Below, piece by piece: positions 1 to 8,505 of a stretch of 64,000 bases of DNA; positions within the stretch are counted from its first letter, which is position 1; every line of letters begins with the position of its first letter. The DNA lies in contig CBDBKE010000002.1 in assembly GCA_965206645.1 (NCBI GenBank), positions 224,001-288,000 on the forward strand, written 5' to 3'. The notes under the pieces were generated by a model that saw nothing but the letters and a program-made list of their open reading frames with translations, did no database searches and was not told the origin of the DNA. Position numbers and translations under genes: made by a program. Source of the stretch: Terriglobia bacterium. GTDB lineage: Bacteria; Acidobacteriota; Terriglobia; JAJPHL01; JAPKYU01.

Positions 1-1
1 G

Positions 2-850
2 AAGGGCTACACACATCGCATCGAGCCGCTGGTCGAACGGTTGCGCCTGATCAAGTCCGACACCGAAATCGCGATGATCCGACGCGCGGCTCACTACGCT
101 GACTTCGGGGTTAAGAGTCTCCTGGCGGCTTCGTACCGCGGCGCTACTGTTGCCGAGGGCTTTGCCCAAACCCGCGCTGTTACCTTGCGGATCATCCAGG
201 AGGTCGATGATTGGGATTACTTTACGACGAAAGTCCTGATGGCGACGCGGCCCGCCCCTTGCAGCGCGGAGCCGCATTCGGCTCCCGACTTGTGCGACCG
301 GCTTAACAAAGGGCCGCATGTAGCTTTAGTGCTCACCCGGGTCAACGGCTATGCGGCGGAGTGTGAGCGTACGTACTTCACCGCTCCGCCATCCCCGGAA
401 ATCAGGAAGGCGTTCGAGACGATGAGGCAGGCTCGCCGCATCGCCTTCGATAAGGTGCGTCCCGGCATCGCGTGCAGCGAACTGGACTGTGCCTTCAACG
501 ATTTCCTTCGGCAGGAAGGGTACAGCGGCGAAGAGGTGCGGCTGCACCGAACCGGCCACGGGTTTGGGCTGGGAAATCACGAGGCACCCTGGATCGCGGA
601 GGGCAGTCAGGATATTCTGGCTGAGAATATGGTGATCAGCATTGAGCCGGGAATCTACCTAAAGGGGATTGGTGGCCTCCGTCATTCCGATACGGTTCTT
701 GTAACCAAAGATGGTTGCGAGTTGCTCACTCACCTCCCGACGGACATTGGATCGCTGATGGAAACGGGGTGGAAACCGTTTCAACGCATCAAGGGGTGGT
801 TCGTGCGGCGAGCGTTCCAATTAGATCGGAAGGCCAGAGTATCGGTCTAA
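2..850 (+). CDS. M24 (Xaa-Pro peptidase/creatinase-fold) hydrolase, 5' truncated by the window edge
   Basis: Frame open from position 2 (KGYTHRIEPLVERLRLIKSDTEI). Pita-bread fold motifs HRTGHGFGLGNHEAP and EPGIY. Several usual acidic metal ligands are altered (GYAAECERT, RHSDTV). Confidence 0.85.
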   Translation, partial: KGYTHRIEPLVERLRLIKSDTEIAMIRRAAHYADFGVKSLLAASYRGATVAEGFAQTRAVTLRIIQEVDDWDYFTTKVLMATRPAPCSAEPHSAPDLCDRLNKGPHVALVLTRVNGYAAECERTYFTAPPSPEIRKAFETMRQARRIAFDKVRPGIACSELDCAFNDFLRQEGYSGEEVRLHRTGHGFGLGNHEAPWIAEGSQDILAENMVISIEPGIYLKGIGGLRHSDTVLVTKDGCELLTHLPTDIGSLMETGWKPFQRIKGWFVRRAFQLDRKARVSV

Positions 851-866
851 CCATTCGCTTCAGGCT

Positions 867-3053
867 TTAGAAGGCATGGAAAGCATCGAGGAGCAGGTCG
901 CGGTATTTCTTGCGGTCGTAGCCGTGCCAGCCTTCCCACAGGGCGTAGGCGCGGACGCGGTCATTGGGGAGCGCGGACGCCGCGTCAGTGATAACGTACT
1001 CGACCGTTTGCCCCGGACGGAGCTGCACGCCTCGCCCGAACAGTTGCTGGGCGGCGACGGCGGTCAGGCTTGCTTTCTGGTAGTCGCGCGGCGGGCGGGT
1101 GAGACGCTTGCTGATCACCAAATCCTCCACCGCAACCATGCCGCTCTCCAGCCGCTCCAGGTAGCGCTCCAGCACCCCCCGGGCTTCTTCCAGCTTTTGG
1201 CGATAACTCTGGCCGTCACAGGCCTCCGCCAGGACACCCAGGACCTGTTTCTGCATCCGGGCCACCAGGGGCGGAGTGTCGTGACGGCGACACTCCAGGC
1301 CCCGCACCTTCAGCTCCGCTTCCTCGCTGACCGCGAAGAAGCGGTTGGGCACCGGCACATCGGCAAATCGCTTGGAGGGCAGGAACACGATGTAGCGATA
1401 CAGAGCCTCCAGGGCAATGGGCAACCCGGTCCGCTCGCGAATTTCCTCGGCCAGCGCCAGGTAATCTTCCCGGGCGGCCTTTGGTTTCTGCACGTACATG
1501 CTGTCCACGATGGCGTGCAGGACGCGGAAGCCGCGCTGCTCGGCCGCCTCCTTGGCCACCAGTAGCTGCTCGCGCCCGATGGCATTGATGCTCTCGTGAG
1601 CCTCAATCTTGCCCAGCCGGGCGTTCTTGTACCCCAAATAGCCGAAGCAGCAAACCAGCAGCCATTTCTGCGCCTCCCGCCGGCGCCGGTATGTTTCCAG
1701 CAGGGCGGCGTCCGCGCTCTGCCGCATGCGCTCTTTGTACCGCTGCCGCTTTTCAATCAGCGGGGCGACGGTGCGTCCCACCACTCCTTGCCGCTTGCGG
1801 CAGATGCGGTAGCCCACCTCGGGAATGGGCGGGCTCTCCGGGCAGCAGCGGCAATTCACCGTCTCCGACGACACATTGAAGTGCACCATGATGCTGGGGA
1901 ACTGGGAGGGGAAGTCCAGCTCGGCCACGTTCTCGTGGAACCCCAGGATGGGCGGGAAGACCAGCCCGCCGCGGTCGGCGATCAGAAGCTGGTCGGGGTG
2001 CTTGAAGTCTTCCGGCTCGCTCTTCTGCTCCGGGATGAGGATGCCGTCGCGGTAGGCCACTTCCATCTGCATGTAAGAGATGCCCGTGCCGGGGGTCGTG
2101 CGGGCGGCATACTGCACCGGCAGCTTGGTGAGACGGGCCAGCTCCCACAGCCCGTCCTGCTGGCAGTGGTCGGCAATGAAGGAATTGCTCAGGTCCACGT
2201 GCAGCCGCCCGTAGAGCGTGGTGGCGCTGTCCTTGAACAGAATCCGCCCGTAGCTCATAAAGCTTCGGGCGCGGCTCTGGTGCACCGGCAGGCTGGCATC
2301 CCGGTTGAGCGGCAGGGGAAGGTTCAACCGCTGGGCTTGCTGGCGCAGGAGCGGAAAGATGGTGGAGTCGCCCCACTCGGTGAGGATCAAATCCGGGTCG
2401 TGCCGCTCCACCAAGCGCTGTACCGTGATCACCGCAGGCTCGGCGGATTCCTCAATGACCGAGCACTCGCCGTCCACCTCCACTTCCAGCGCACCGCGCC
2501 GCCCGTGCCGGGGGTTGACCGCCGAAAGCCCTTCCAGCCGCAGGTGCATCACCTGGAGCGGCGGCAGTGGGTAGTCTAGCGCCCACTCGCTGTCCTGGCA
2601 CTGGAGGGCAAGTACCTGCCCGTCGTCGTCCACCTCCACCTCCACTCGGGCGAAGGGGAACACCCGCTTCTCCCAGCAATAGAGGGGGGCGAGCATGAGG
2701 TCACTGTTGTAGAGCCGTAGGTCGGGGTCGAACCGATGAACCCAGCGCACCCAGGAGGCAAACGCGGTGGGGTACGGGACAGTGATCTCCAGCACCTGAA
2801 GCGGCGTTGGCTGCCACAGATCGGCGCGCTCCCTCAGGCAGCACCTCAGCGGGGTCCGCCGCCCGAGGGCCTCCTGAAGCCGCCGCAGCCGGGCCGGAGC
2901 GCCGTGCGCGAAGAAGGCGGGCGTAAACGGATCAATCAGCCGGTGGCGCTTCTGGCTCTCTTCGATCAACCACAGGGTCATCCCCTGCGGGCTGGGGTAG
3001 AGGTCCAGGAGCCATCCCTGTAGTCGGCCCCGTAGTCGGCCCTGCAGTCGCAT
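867..3053 (-). CDS. polB2: Family B DNA polymerase, PolB2 (Dpo2-like) group
   Basis: Motif A ELDFPSQFPSIM, motif B KWLLVCCFGYLGY and motif C HAIVDSM (in place of YGDTDS) are PolB2 signatures. Exonuclease motifs are degenerate (TEWGDSTIFPLL). ATG at 3053 has a GGAGAG RBS. Confidence 0.88.
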   Translation of the reverse strand: MRLQGRLRGRLQGWLLDLYPSPQGMTLWLIEESQKRHRLIDPFTPAFFAHGAPARLRRLQEALGRRTPLRCCLRERADLWQPTPLQVLEITVPYPTAFASWVRWVHRFDPDLRLYNSDLMLAPLYCWEKRVFPFARVEVEVDDDGQVLALQCQDSEWALDYPLPPLQVMHLRLEGLSAVNPRHGRRGALEVEVDGECSVIEESAEPAVITVQRLVERHDPDLILTEWGDSTIFPLLRQQAQRLNLPLPLNRDASLPVHQSRARSFMSYGRILFKDSATTLYGRLHVDLSNSFIADHCQQDGLWELARLTKLPVQYAARTTPGTGISYMQMEVAYRDGILIPEQKSEPEDFKHPDQLLIADRGGLVFPPILGFHENVAELDFPSQFPSIMVHFNVSSETVNCRCCPESPPIPEVGYRICRKRQGVVGRTVAPLIEKRQRYKERMRQSADAALLETYRRRREAQKWLLVCCFGYLGYKNARLGKIEAHESINAIGREQLLVAKEAAEQRGFRVLHAIVDSMYVQKPKAAREDYLALAEEIRERTGLPIALEALYRYIVFLPSKRFADVPVPNRFFAVSEEAELKVRGLECRRHDTPPLVARMQKQVLGVLAEACDGQSYRQKLEEARGVLERYLERLESGMVAVEDLVISKRLTRPPRDYQKASLTAVAAQQLFGRGVQLRPGQTVEYVITDAASALPNDRVRAYALWEGWHGYDRKKYRDLLLDAFHAF

Positions 3054-3309
3054 GGTCTCTCTCCGCTTGCCACAGGCGTTGCTCAAGTGCGCGCAATCGC
3101 TTCTCCTGGTCCAGCGCGATGGACAGCAGGATGGCTTCCATTGGATTGTCGCTCGCCTGGTAGGTCGCCGCCTGCGTGTAGGAGCGGACGCGCAGGAACA
3201 GGCGGTCGAAGTGTTGCTGATCCTCCCGCCGCAGCGCCCGGCGGAACTTTGCCCATCGCTCTACCGCCTGATCAATCAGCTGGCGAAAAGTTGGGACAGT
3301 GCGACCCAT
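2932..3309 (-). CDS. Small helical PolB2-associated protein (PPB2/arCOG07300-like)
   Basis: Begins MGRTVPTFRQ...WAKFRRALRREDQQHFDRLF...NPMEAILLSIALDQEKRL, the family usually found next to polB2. GAGGG RBS. The low-complexity tail overlaps the polB2 start by 122 nt. Confidence 0.8.
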   Translation of the reverse strand: MGRTVPTFRQLIDQAVERWAKFRRALRREDQQHFDRLFLRVRSYTQAATYQASDNPMEAILLSIALDQEKRLRALEQRLWQAERDHATAGPTTGPTTGMAPGPLPQPAGDDPVVDRREPEAPPAD

Positions 3310-3316
3310 CGCGCCC

Positions 3317-3937
3317 TCAAGCAGGTAATCGCAGGCGGGAGCGTTCGCAGAGCAGTTGCGGCTTTCCGTCCGCTTGCAGCATGAACCTCCACACCTGGTC
3401 TGCCCCGGCAACCACCCGGTCGAACAATCTTCTTCGCGGCGTGGTGAAGGAGGCAGCGTCGGAGAACACCGCCACCGGCAGCGACGCGCGCCCCAGTTGC
3501 CTCAGTTGTTGCAGGGCCTGCCCGAAGGAGGCGTACGCGGCACCATCGGGCACGTCTTCATCGAAATACAAATCCGGGAAGGCCGTGACGATCAGAATGT
3601 CCGCCGGGAAGGCTCGAAGCGCCCGTGGCACCCGGGCCAGCAATTCGGTGAGCTGGAAACAGGTGAAGGCGCGGGCGACTTTTATCCGGCGATTGAACTC
3701 CGCCGGCTCACGTCCGCGCTGCCGCGCAAAGCGCGCGATCAGCAGAGGGTCCACCCGGTTGGCGCCGTCCAGGTACAGGACATGCTTGCCGGCGAGAAAG
3801 ACCCGCGGAAGGAAATAGTGAGAAAGCCGCGCCGCGCAACCCTCCCCCTGAAAGACTGCTAACCCCTGCGCGGGCAGCCGCCAGGGTTGCCCTGCCACAG
3901 GGAGACGAAGGCTCGGGGTTGCAGGCGCCAAACTCAT
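3317..3937 (-). CDS. Inactivated RadA/RecA-fold ATPase (iRadA-like)
   Basis: VLYLDGANRVDP and IKVARAFTCFQL match the RadA core. There is no Walker A GKT and Walker B is degenerate. First gene of the PolB2 cassette; the start could be at 3982. Confidence 0.78.
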   Translation of the reverse strand: MSLAPATPSLRLPVAGQPWRLPAQGLAVFQGEGCAARLSHYFLPRVFLAGKHVLYLDGANRVDPLLIARFARQRGREPAEFNRRIKVARAFTCFQLTELLARVPRALRAFPADILIVTAFPDLYFDEDVPDGAAYASFGQALQQLRQLGRASLPVAVFSDAASFTTPRRRLFDRVVAGADQVWRFMLQADGKPQLLCERSRLRLPA

Positions 3938-3995
3938 AGAGGCCAAGCCGCACTCGGGGCGTTGCGGGCAGTCACTCAGCAATCGCTAACAAATT

Positions 3996-4025
3996 CATGG
4001 TAGGCGAATTAAAAGCGAAAGTCAA
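3996..4025 (-). promoter_or_regulatory. Sigma70-type promoter of the PolB2 cassette with a TTCGC-N6-TTCGC direct repeat in the spacer
   Basis: Minus strand reads TTGACT-ttcgcttttaattcgcc(17)-TACCAT. Confidence 0.65.
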
Positions 4026-4173
4026 TAGGCGAGCTTCCGGCAAAGAAGCCATTTATTTGCAATCATTTGAGTTTGTTCAGGAAGTTCTGTCCTGAGTCCT
4101 AGGAAATGCCAAGCGGATAGCGCTGCCTCAGGCGGCAGCGGCACACTTCAGCCTCCCACCCTGGCGGCTGGCC

Positions 4174-4194
4174 GTGGCGCTTTAAAAGCGCCAC
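4174..4194. terminator. Palindrome downstream of the HMA gene, possibly a terminator or REP-like hairpin
   Basis: GTGGCGCTTT-A-AAAGCGCCAC inverted repeat; no clear U tract. Confidence 0.35.
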
Positions 4195-4215
4195 TACGAA
4201 TCAACCAACGGCAAA

Positions 4216-4530
4216 CTACTTCTTCTTGACCTTGGCGTCGTACCGGCTCATCCCGCGCGCCTTCTTCACCGCTTGGATGAGGTCGTCGACTTTGCAGACC
4301 TCGGGGTCGTATTTCACGACGGCCTCGTTGTCCGTCAGTGAGACCTTCGCTTCCTTGACGCCCTTCACCTCTTGCAGTGCGGACCGCACTGTGCTGGCGC
4401 AGGCGTTTCAGGTCATGCCGCTGATTGCGAGCGTGACAGTCTTCTCCTTGCCGGCCACGGCGTGCTGCGCGGCAACCAGCGGCCCCAGCAGCAACAGCCC
4501 AATGCCAAACAAGCTTCCTAGCCTGGTCAT
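4216..4530 (-). CDS. Exported heavy-metal-associated (MerP/CopZ-like) selenoprotein with UxxC motif, 104 aa
   Basis: GGAGG RBS. Translation: MTRLGSLFGIGLLLLGPLVAAQHAVAG-KEKTVTLAISGMT(TGA 4408-4410)NACASTVRSALQEVKGVKEAKVSLTDNEAVVKYDP...KKK*. The TGA sits at the first Cys of GMTCxxC and a SECIS-like hairpin follows. Confidence 0.88.
4375..4391 (-). promoter_or_regulatory. Bacterial SECIS-like hairpin
   Basis: CAGTGCG-GTC-CGCACTG, with GGT at +23 to +25 after the UGA; resembles the E. coli fdhF apical stem-loop. Confidence 0.75.
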
Positions 4531-4583
4531 AGCTCCACCTCCTTCGGGTTTAGCCTGTCGAGCAGATTCTAGCACAAAGGCGC

Positions 4584-5294
4584 TCATCCGGCAGTCCGTG
4601 GGCGAAAGGCGCGCAGATCTTCCAGGCGCAGGCGGCCGGTATAGACCGCCATGCCCAGCGCGGCATGGATCCCCAGCTCATCGAGGGCAGCGATCTCTTC
4701 CAGGGTGGCAATGCCACCGGCAGCGGTGATGGGCCGTGAGGTGGCCTGGCGGAGTCGGCGGAACCACTCCAGGTCGGTTCCGGTCATGGTTCCTTCGTTG
4801 TCCACGAAGGTGCACAGGAACTCGCCACAGTAAGGCTCTAGCTCGTGCACGATCTGCTCAGCCGCCAGCCCGGTGGACTCGCGCCAGCCCCGCACTACGA
4901 TGCGGCCATGGTGGGAGTCCAGCGCCAGGATGATGCTCGCGGCGCCGGCGGCGTCCCGCAGCGATTCCAGGAACGGCGCGTTGACCCCCTGGCTGTGAAA
5001 GGCGGCGGTGCCGACAATCAGCTTGCTCGCCCCCGTACCGAGCAACTGCTCGGCGCGGGCCGTGGTGCGCACGCCGCCGCCCACGCGGCAGCGCGCGCGG
5101 GCGCAGAGCTGGCGCACCAAAGGGTCGTTGCTTCCTCTGCCCATGGCGGCATCCAGGTCAATGAGCTGGATTTCAGGGAAGCCGGCGAACTCCTCCAGTT
5201 GTCCCAGAACGTCGGCGCGCTCCAGGGCCTTCGTCTGGCCGCGCACCAGTTGCACCGCCTTACCGTCCATCAAATCAATGCAGGGAATAATCAT
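4584..5294 (-). CDS. hisA: ProFAR isomerase (HisA)
   Basis: MIIPCIDLMDGKAVQL, VGGGVR and AAGGI motifs; last gene of the his operon. Confidence 0.9.
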   Translation of the reverse strand: MIIPCIDLMDGKAVQLVRGQTKALERADVLGQLEEFAGFPEIQLIDLDAAMGRGSNDPLVRQLCARARCRVGGGVRTTARAEQLLGTGASKLIVGTAAFHSQGVNAPFLESLRDAAGAASIILALDSHHGRIVVRGWRESTGLAAEQIVHELEPYCGEFLCTFVDNEGTMTGTDLEWFRRLRQATSRPITAAGGIATLEEIAALDELGIHAALGMAVYTGRLRLEDLRAFRPRTAG

Positions 5295-5310
5295 GGGGCA
5301 ATCCCCAGAG

Positions 5311-5357
5311 TTCGCAGATTCCGCAGAAAAAGAAATCTGCGCAATCTGCGGATTCAT
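5311..5357. repeat. Intergenic palindromic repeat, family A (CGCAGATT arms)
   Basis: TTCGCAGATTCCGCAGA...TCTGCGCAATCTGCGGA between hisF and hisA; related copies at 9749 and 49058. Confidence 0.75.
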
Positions 5358-5364
5358 TAAACTC

Positions 5365-6126
5365 CTATTCGATCATGCGCATGGGGACACCGCGCTGGTC
5401 GAGGTAGCGCTTCAGGTCGCTGACGGGAATCTCGGCGTAGTGGAAGATGGAGGCGGCCAGCGCCGCGTCGGCCTGCCCTGCGGTCAGCACGTCATAGAAA
5501 TGCGCCGGCTCACCGCCGCCGCCGGAGGCGATGACGGGGATGCCCACCGCGCGGGCCACCGCCCGGGTCAGATCGCAATCAAAGCCAGCCTTGGTGCCGT
5601 CGCAATCCATCGAGGTCAGCAGGATTTCCCCCGCACCCAGCCGCTCCCCCTCCGCGGCCCAGGCTACCGCGTCTCGCTCAACCGGGCGGCGCCCGCCGTA
5701 GGTGTAAACAGGCCAACCCTTTCCTTCACGCTTTGCGTCTATGGCCAGCACCACCGCCTGAGCGCCAAACTCGCGAGACAGCTCGGTGAGCAACTCCGGG
5801 CGCTCCACCGCTGCCGTGTTCACCGAAACCTTGTCGGCGCCGGCGCGCAGCAGGCGCCGAGCGTCCTCCACGGTGCGCACGCCGCCGCCCACCGCCAGCG
5901 GGATGAATACCTTCTGCGCTGTGCGCTCCACGATCTCGACCATCAGCCCGCGCCCTTCGGCCGACGCGGTGATGTCCAGGAACACCACCTCGTCAATGCC
6001 CACTTCGCTGTAGGCGGCCGCCAGGGCAGGCGGATCGCCGGCGTCCCTCAGGTTGACGAAGCGGACGCCTTTGACCACGCGCCCGTCCTTCACGTCGAGG
6101 CAGGCGATGATGCGCTTGGCTGGCAT
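5365..6126 (-). CDS. hisF: Imidazole glycerol phosphate synthase, cyclase subunit
   Basis: [28 protein letters not shown] and IASGG motifs. Confidence 0.97.
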   Translation of the reverse strand: MPAKRIIACLDVKDGRVVKGVRFVNLRDAGDPPALAAAYSEVGIDEVVFLDITASAEGRGLMVEIVERTAQKVFIPLAVGGGVRTVEDARRLLRAGADKVSVNTAAVERPELLTELSREFGAQAVVLAIDAKREGKGWPVYTYGGRRPVERDAVAWAAEGERLGAGEILLTSMDCDGTKAGFDCDLTRAVARAVGIPVIASGGGGEPAHFYDVLTAGQADAALAASIFHYAEIPVSDLKRYLDQRGVPMRMIE

Positions 6127-6737
6127 TGCTCAACCCAGGTCCGCAGGAAATTGAGTCCGGCCGACCCCGATTTTTCCGGATGGAACTGGGTGCCGACCAA
6201 GTTGGCGCGGCGCAGAACCGCGGTGAACGGCAACCCGTGGCGCGCGACGGCCGCGCAGCCCTCGGCGTCGCCGGGGACGTAGTAGGAATGGGCGAAGTAA
6301 TACATGCGGCCGCATGTTTGAGCGAGGAAGGCTTGAGCGAGGAACGCGCCTGCTTTGGCGCCGCCAGGCTCAACCTCGGCCCAGCCCATGTGCGGCACCT
6401 TCTGGCCGCTGGGGAAGCGCCGGACCCGGCCCGGAAGCAGAGCCAGGCCGCGTAGCCCCGGTGCCTCTTCGCTTGATTCGAACAGCGCCTGCATGCCCAG
6501 GCAGATGCCCAGGTAGGGCGTGCCGGACTCGAGCCTCTGGCGCAACGGGGCGGCCAGTCGGTCGGCCTCCAGCGCCTCCATCATCTGCCCGAAATGTCCG
6601 ACCCCTGGCAATATGATGGCCGAGGCCTGCTCCAGCCCCGGTGGCTCCTTGGTGACGAAAAACTCGGCGCCCAGCACGGCCAGCGCATTCGACACCGAGC
6701 GCAGATTCCCCGCCCCGTAATCAATGACAGCAATCAT
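6090..6737 (-). CDS. hisH: Imidazole glycerol phosphate synthase, glutamine amidotransferase subunit
   Basis: [23 protein letters not shown] and QFHPEKS motifs. Confidence 0.96.
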   Translation of the reverse strand: MIAVIDYGAGNLRSVSNALAVLGAEFFVTKEPPGLEQASAIILPGVGHFGQMMEALEADRLAAPLRQRLESGTPYLGICLGMQALFESSEEAPGLRGLALLPGRVRRFPSGQKVPHMGWAEVEPGGAKAGAFLAQAFLAQTCGRMYYFAHSYYVPGDAEGCAAVARHGLPFTAVLRRANLVGTQFHPEKSGSAGLNFLRTWVEQCQPSASSPAST

Positions 6738-6754
6738 AGGTTTTACGATCAAAT

Positions 6755-6825
6755 ACAAAGTCACCAAGAACACAAAGGTCACAAAGCAAAATTCTTTGTG
6801 TCCTTAGGTGCCTTTGTGACTTTGT
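6755..6825. repeat. Intergenic palindromic repeat, family B (CACAAAG 9-nt periodic arms)
   Basis: ACAAAGTCACCAAGAACACAAAGGTCACAAAG...CTTTGTGTCCTTAGGTGCCTTTGTGACTTTGT between hisB and hisH. Confidence 0.7.
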
Positions 6826-6834
6826 GTTGTCTTT

Positions 6835-7428
6835 TCACAACAGGCCTTTGGTGCTGGGCAGCTCGCGGGCCAGCCGGCGGTCGCGCGAGCTGGCCACGCG
6901 CATCGCGCGGGCCAGCGCCTTGAACAGCCCCTCGACCTTGTGGTGCGAGGAGCGGCCGTAGAGCAGCTTCAGGTGGACGTTGGCCCGGGCGTGGGTGGCA
7001 AAGCCGCCGAAGAAGTCTTCCAGCAATTCGGCTTGCAGGTCGCCCACCCGGCGCACGCGCAGCGGCGCCTGATACACCAGCACCGGGCGCCCGCTGAAAT
7101 CCACTGCCGCCAGGGCCAGCGTCTCGTCCATGGGCATCAGGAAATAGCCGGCGCGGTTGATGCCGCGGCGGTCGCCCAGGGCGCGGTCAAAGCACTGGCC
7201 AAGCACGATGCCCACATCCTCGACGGTGTGGTGCTGGTCCACGTCCAGGTCGCCGGCCGCGCGCAGTTCGAGATCGAAGCCGCCGTGCTTGGCAAACAGC
7301 TCCAGCATGTGGTCCAGGAAGCGCACGCCGGTGCGGACGCGGGCGCGGCCACGGCCGTCCAGCACGAGCCGTGCGCGAATTTGCGTTTCCGTCGTGTTGC
7401 GCTCGACTTTGGCTGTGCGTCGCTTCAT
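6835..7428 (-). CDS. hisB: Imidazoleglycerol-phosphate dehydratase (monofunctional)
   Basis: [26 protein letters not shown] and PSTKG motifs. Confidence 0.97.
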   Translation of the reverse strand: MKRRTAKVERNTTETQIRARLVLDGRGRARVRTGVRFLDHMLELFAKHGGFDLELRAAGDLDVDQHHTVEDVGIVLGQCFDRALGDRRGINRAGYFLMPMDETLALAAVDFSGRPVLVYQAPLRVRRVGDLQAELLEDFFGGFATHARANVHLKLLYGRSSHHKVEGLFKALARAMRVASSRDRRLARELPSTKGLL

Positions 7429-7461
7429 AAACTCTGGACAGGCAAGGATGCCTGTCCCTCC

Positions 7462-8505
7462 TCAGAGCAGCTCGCGCAGCGCCTGGATGAGCCGGCGCGT
7501 TTGCGCCTGGGTGCCCAGGGTAAAGCGGAGGCTGCCGGGCAGCTCGTAGCTGCGGTCGCGCGCCAGGATGCCGCGCGCCCGCAGGGCGTCGCGGACGGCG
7601 CGGGCGCGCTCGCCCAGCCGGGCCAGAATGAAATTAGCTTGGCTGGGTACGTAGGGGATTCCCTGGCGGCGGAACTCGCGCTCCAACATCGCGCGGGAGC
7701 GCAGCACTCCTGCAACATATTTCTGCACGTATTCGCGGTCCGAGACCGCTTCCAGCGCCGCCGCCAGCGCTGCTGAGTTTACGCTATAAGGTGACTGCGC
7801 TTTGGCCATCGCAGCGGCAGTCTCGCGGTGGGCAAACAGGCACCCAATCCGCAGCGCGGCCAGCCCGTAAGCCTTGGAGAAGGTGCGCGAGACCAGCAGG
7901 TTCCGGTAGCGCTCCACCAGCGGCAGCACGGTGCGTTCGTAAAACTCGAAGTAGGCTTCGTCCACCAGTACCAGCGTCTCGGGAAATTCCGACGCCAGCG
8001 ACTCAATCGCTTCCGGGGTCACCGCCGTGCCCGTCGGGTTGTTCGGATTGGCAATGAAGATGGCCCGGACCGGGTTGCGGCGCGCTTCTTCCCGTACCGC
8101 CTCGACCGGGAACACCAGGTCTTCACCACAATGCACGTCCACAACCTCAGCTCCGGTCAATGAGCCGTAAAACCGGTAGATGGCAAAAGTGGGTTCGGCC
8201 ACGATCACCCGCCGGCCCGCGTCCACAAAAGTGGAGAGGGCAAGTTGGATGGCCTCGTCGGTGCCATTGGTGATCAAGGTCTCCTCGGGGGCACGCTCGA
8301 ATGCGGTAGCCAGCCGGCCGCGGGCCGACTCGTACTCGGGGTAGGTGGCCAGCCGCTCGCGGCTCAGGTGGCGGCGGAGCTGGCGGAGCACGCGCGGCGA
8401 GCATCCCACCGTGTTCTCGTTGAAATCCAGGCGCAGGTGGCCTTCCCGCCCGGCCGAAGGGGGCGAGTAGGGCCGCATGCGCAGCACGGCGTTGCGGGGC
8501 TTCAT
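7462..8505 (-). CDS. hisC: Histidinol-phosphate aminotransferase
   Basis: LDFNEN, NPNNPTG, VDEAY and RTFSKAYGLAALRIG motifs; ATGA overlap with the hisD stop. Confidence 0.95.
   Translation of the reverse strand: MKPRNAVLRMRPYSPPSAGREGHLRLDFNENTVGCSPRVLRQLRRHLSRERLATYPEYESARGRLATAFERAPEETLITNGTDEAIQLALSTFVDAGRRVIVAEPTFAIYRFYGSLTGAEVVDVHCGEDLVFPVEAVREEARRNPVRAIFIANPNNPTGTAVTPEAIESLASEFPETLVLVDEAYFEFYERTVLPLVERYRNLLVSRTFSKAYGLAALRIGCLFAHRETAAAMAKAQSPYSVNSAALAAALEAVSDREYVQKYVAGVLRSRAMLEREFRRQGIPYVPSQANFILARLGERARAVRDALRARGILARDRSYELPGSLRFTLGTQAQTRRLIQALRELL

Noticed and set aside
4226-4729. Plus-strand 167-aa ORF
   Set aside because: It is the antisense of the HMA selenoprotein gene, which has the RBS, signal peptide and domain motif.
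6090-6126. 37-nt hisH/hisF overlap as a regulatory feature
   Set aside because: Explained by a probable TAG-to-CAG change that extends HisH and alters HisF residue 2; likely neutral.
5008-6282. Long antisense ORFs (also 20540-21712, 25403-26677, 46651-47682 and 60301-61572)
   Set aside because: Each lies opposite a well-supported gene; such open frames are expected in high-GC DNA and show no recognisable motifs.
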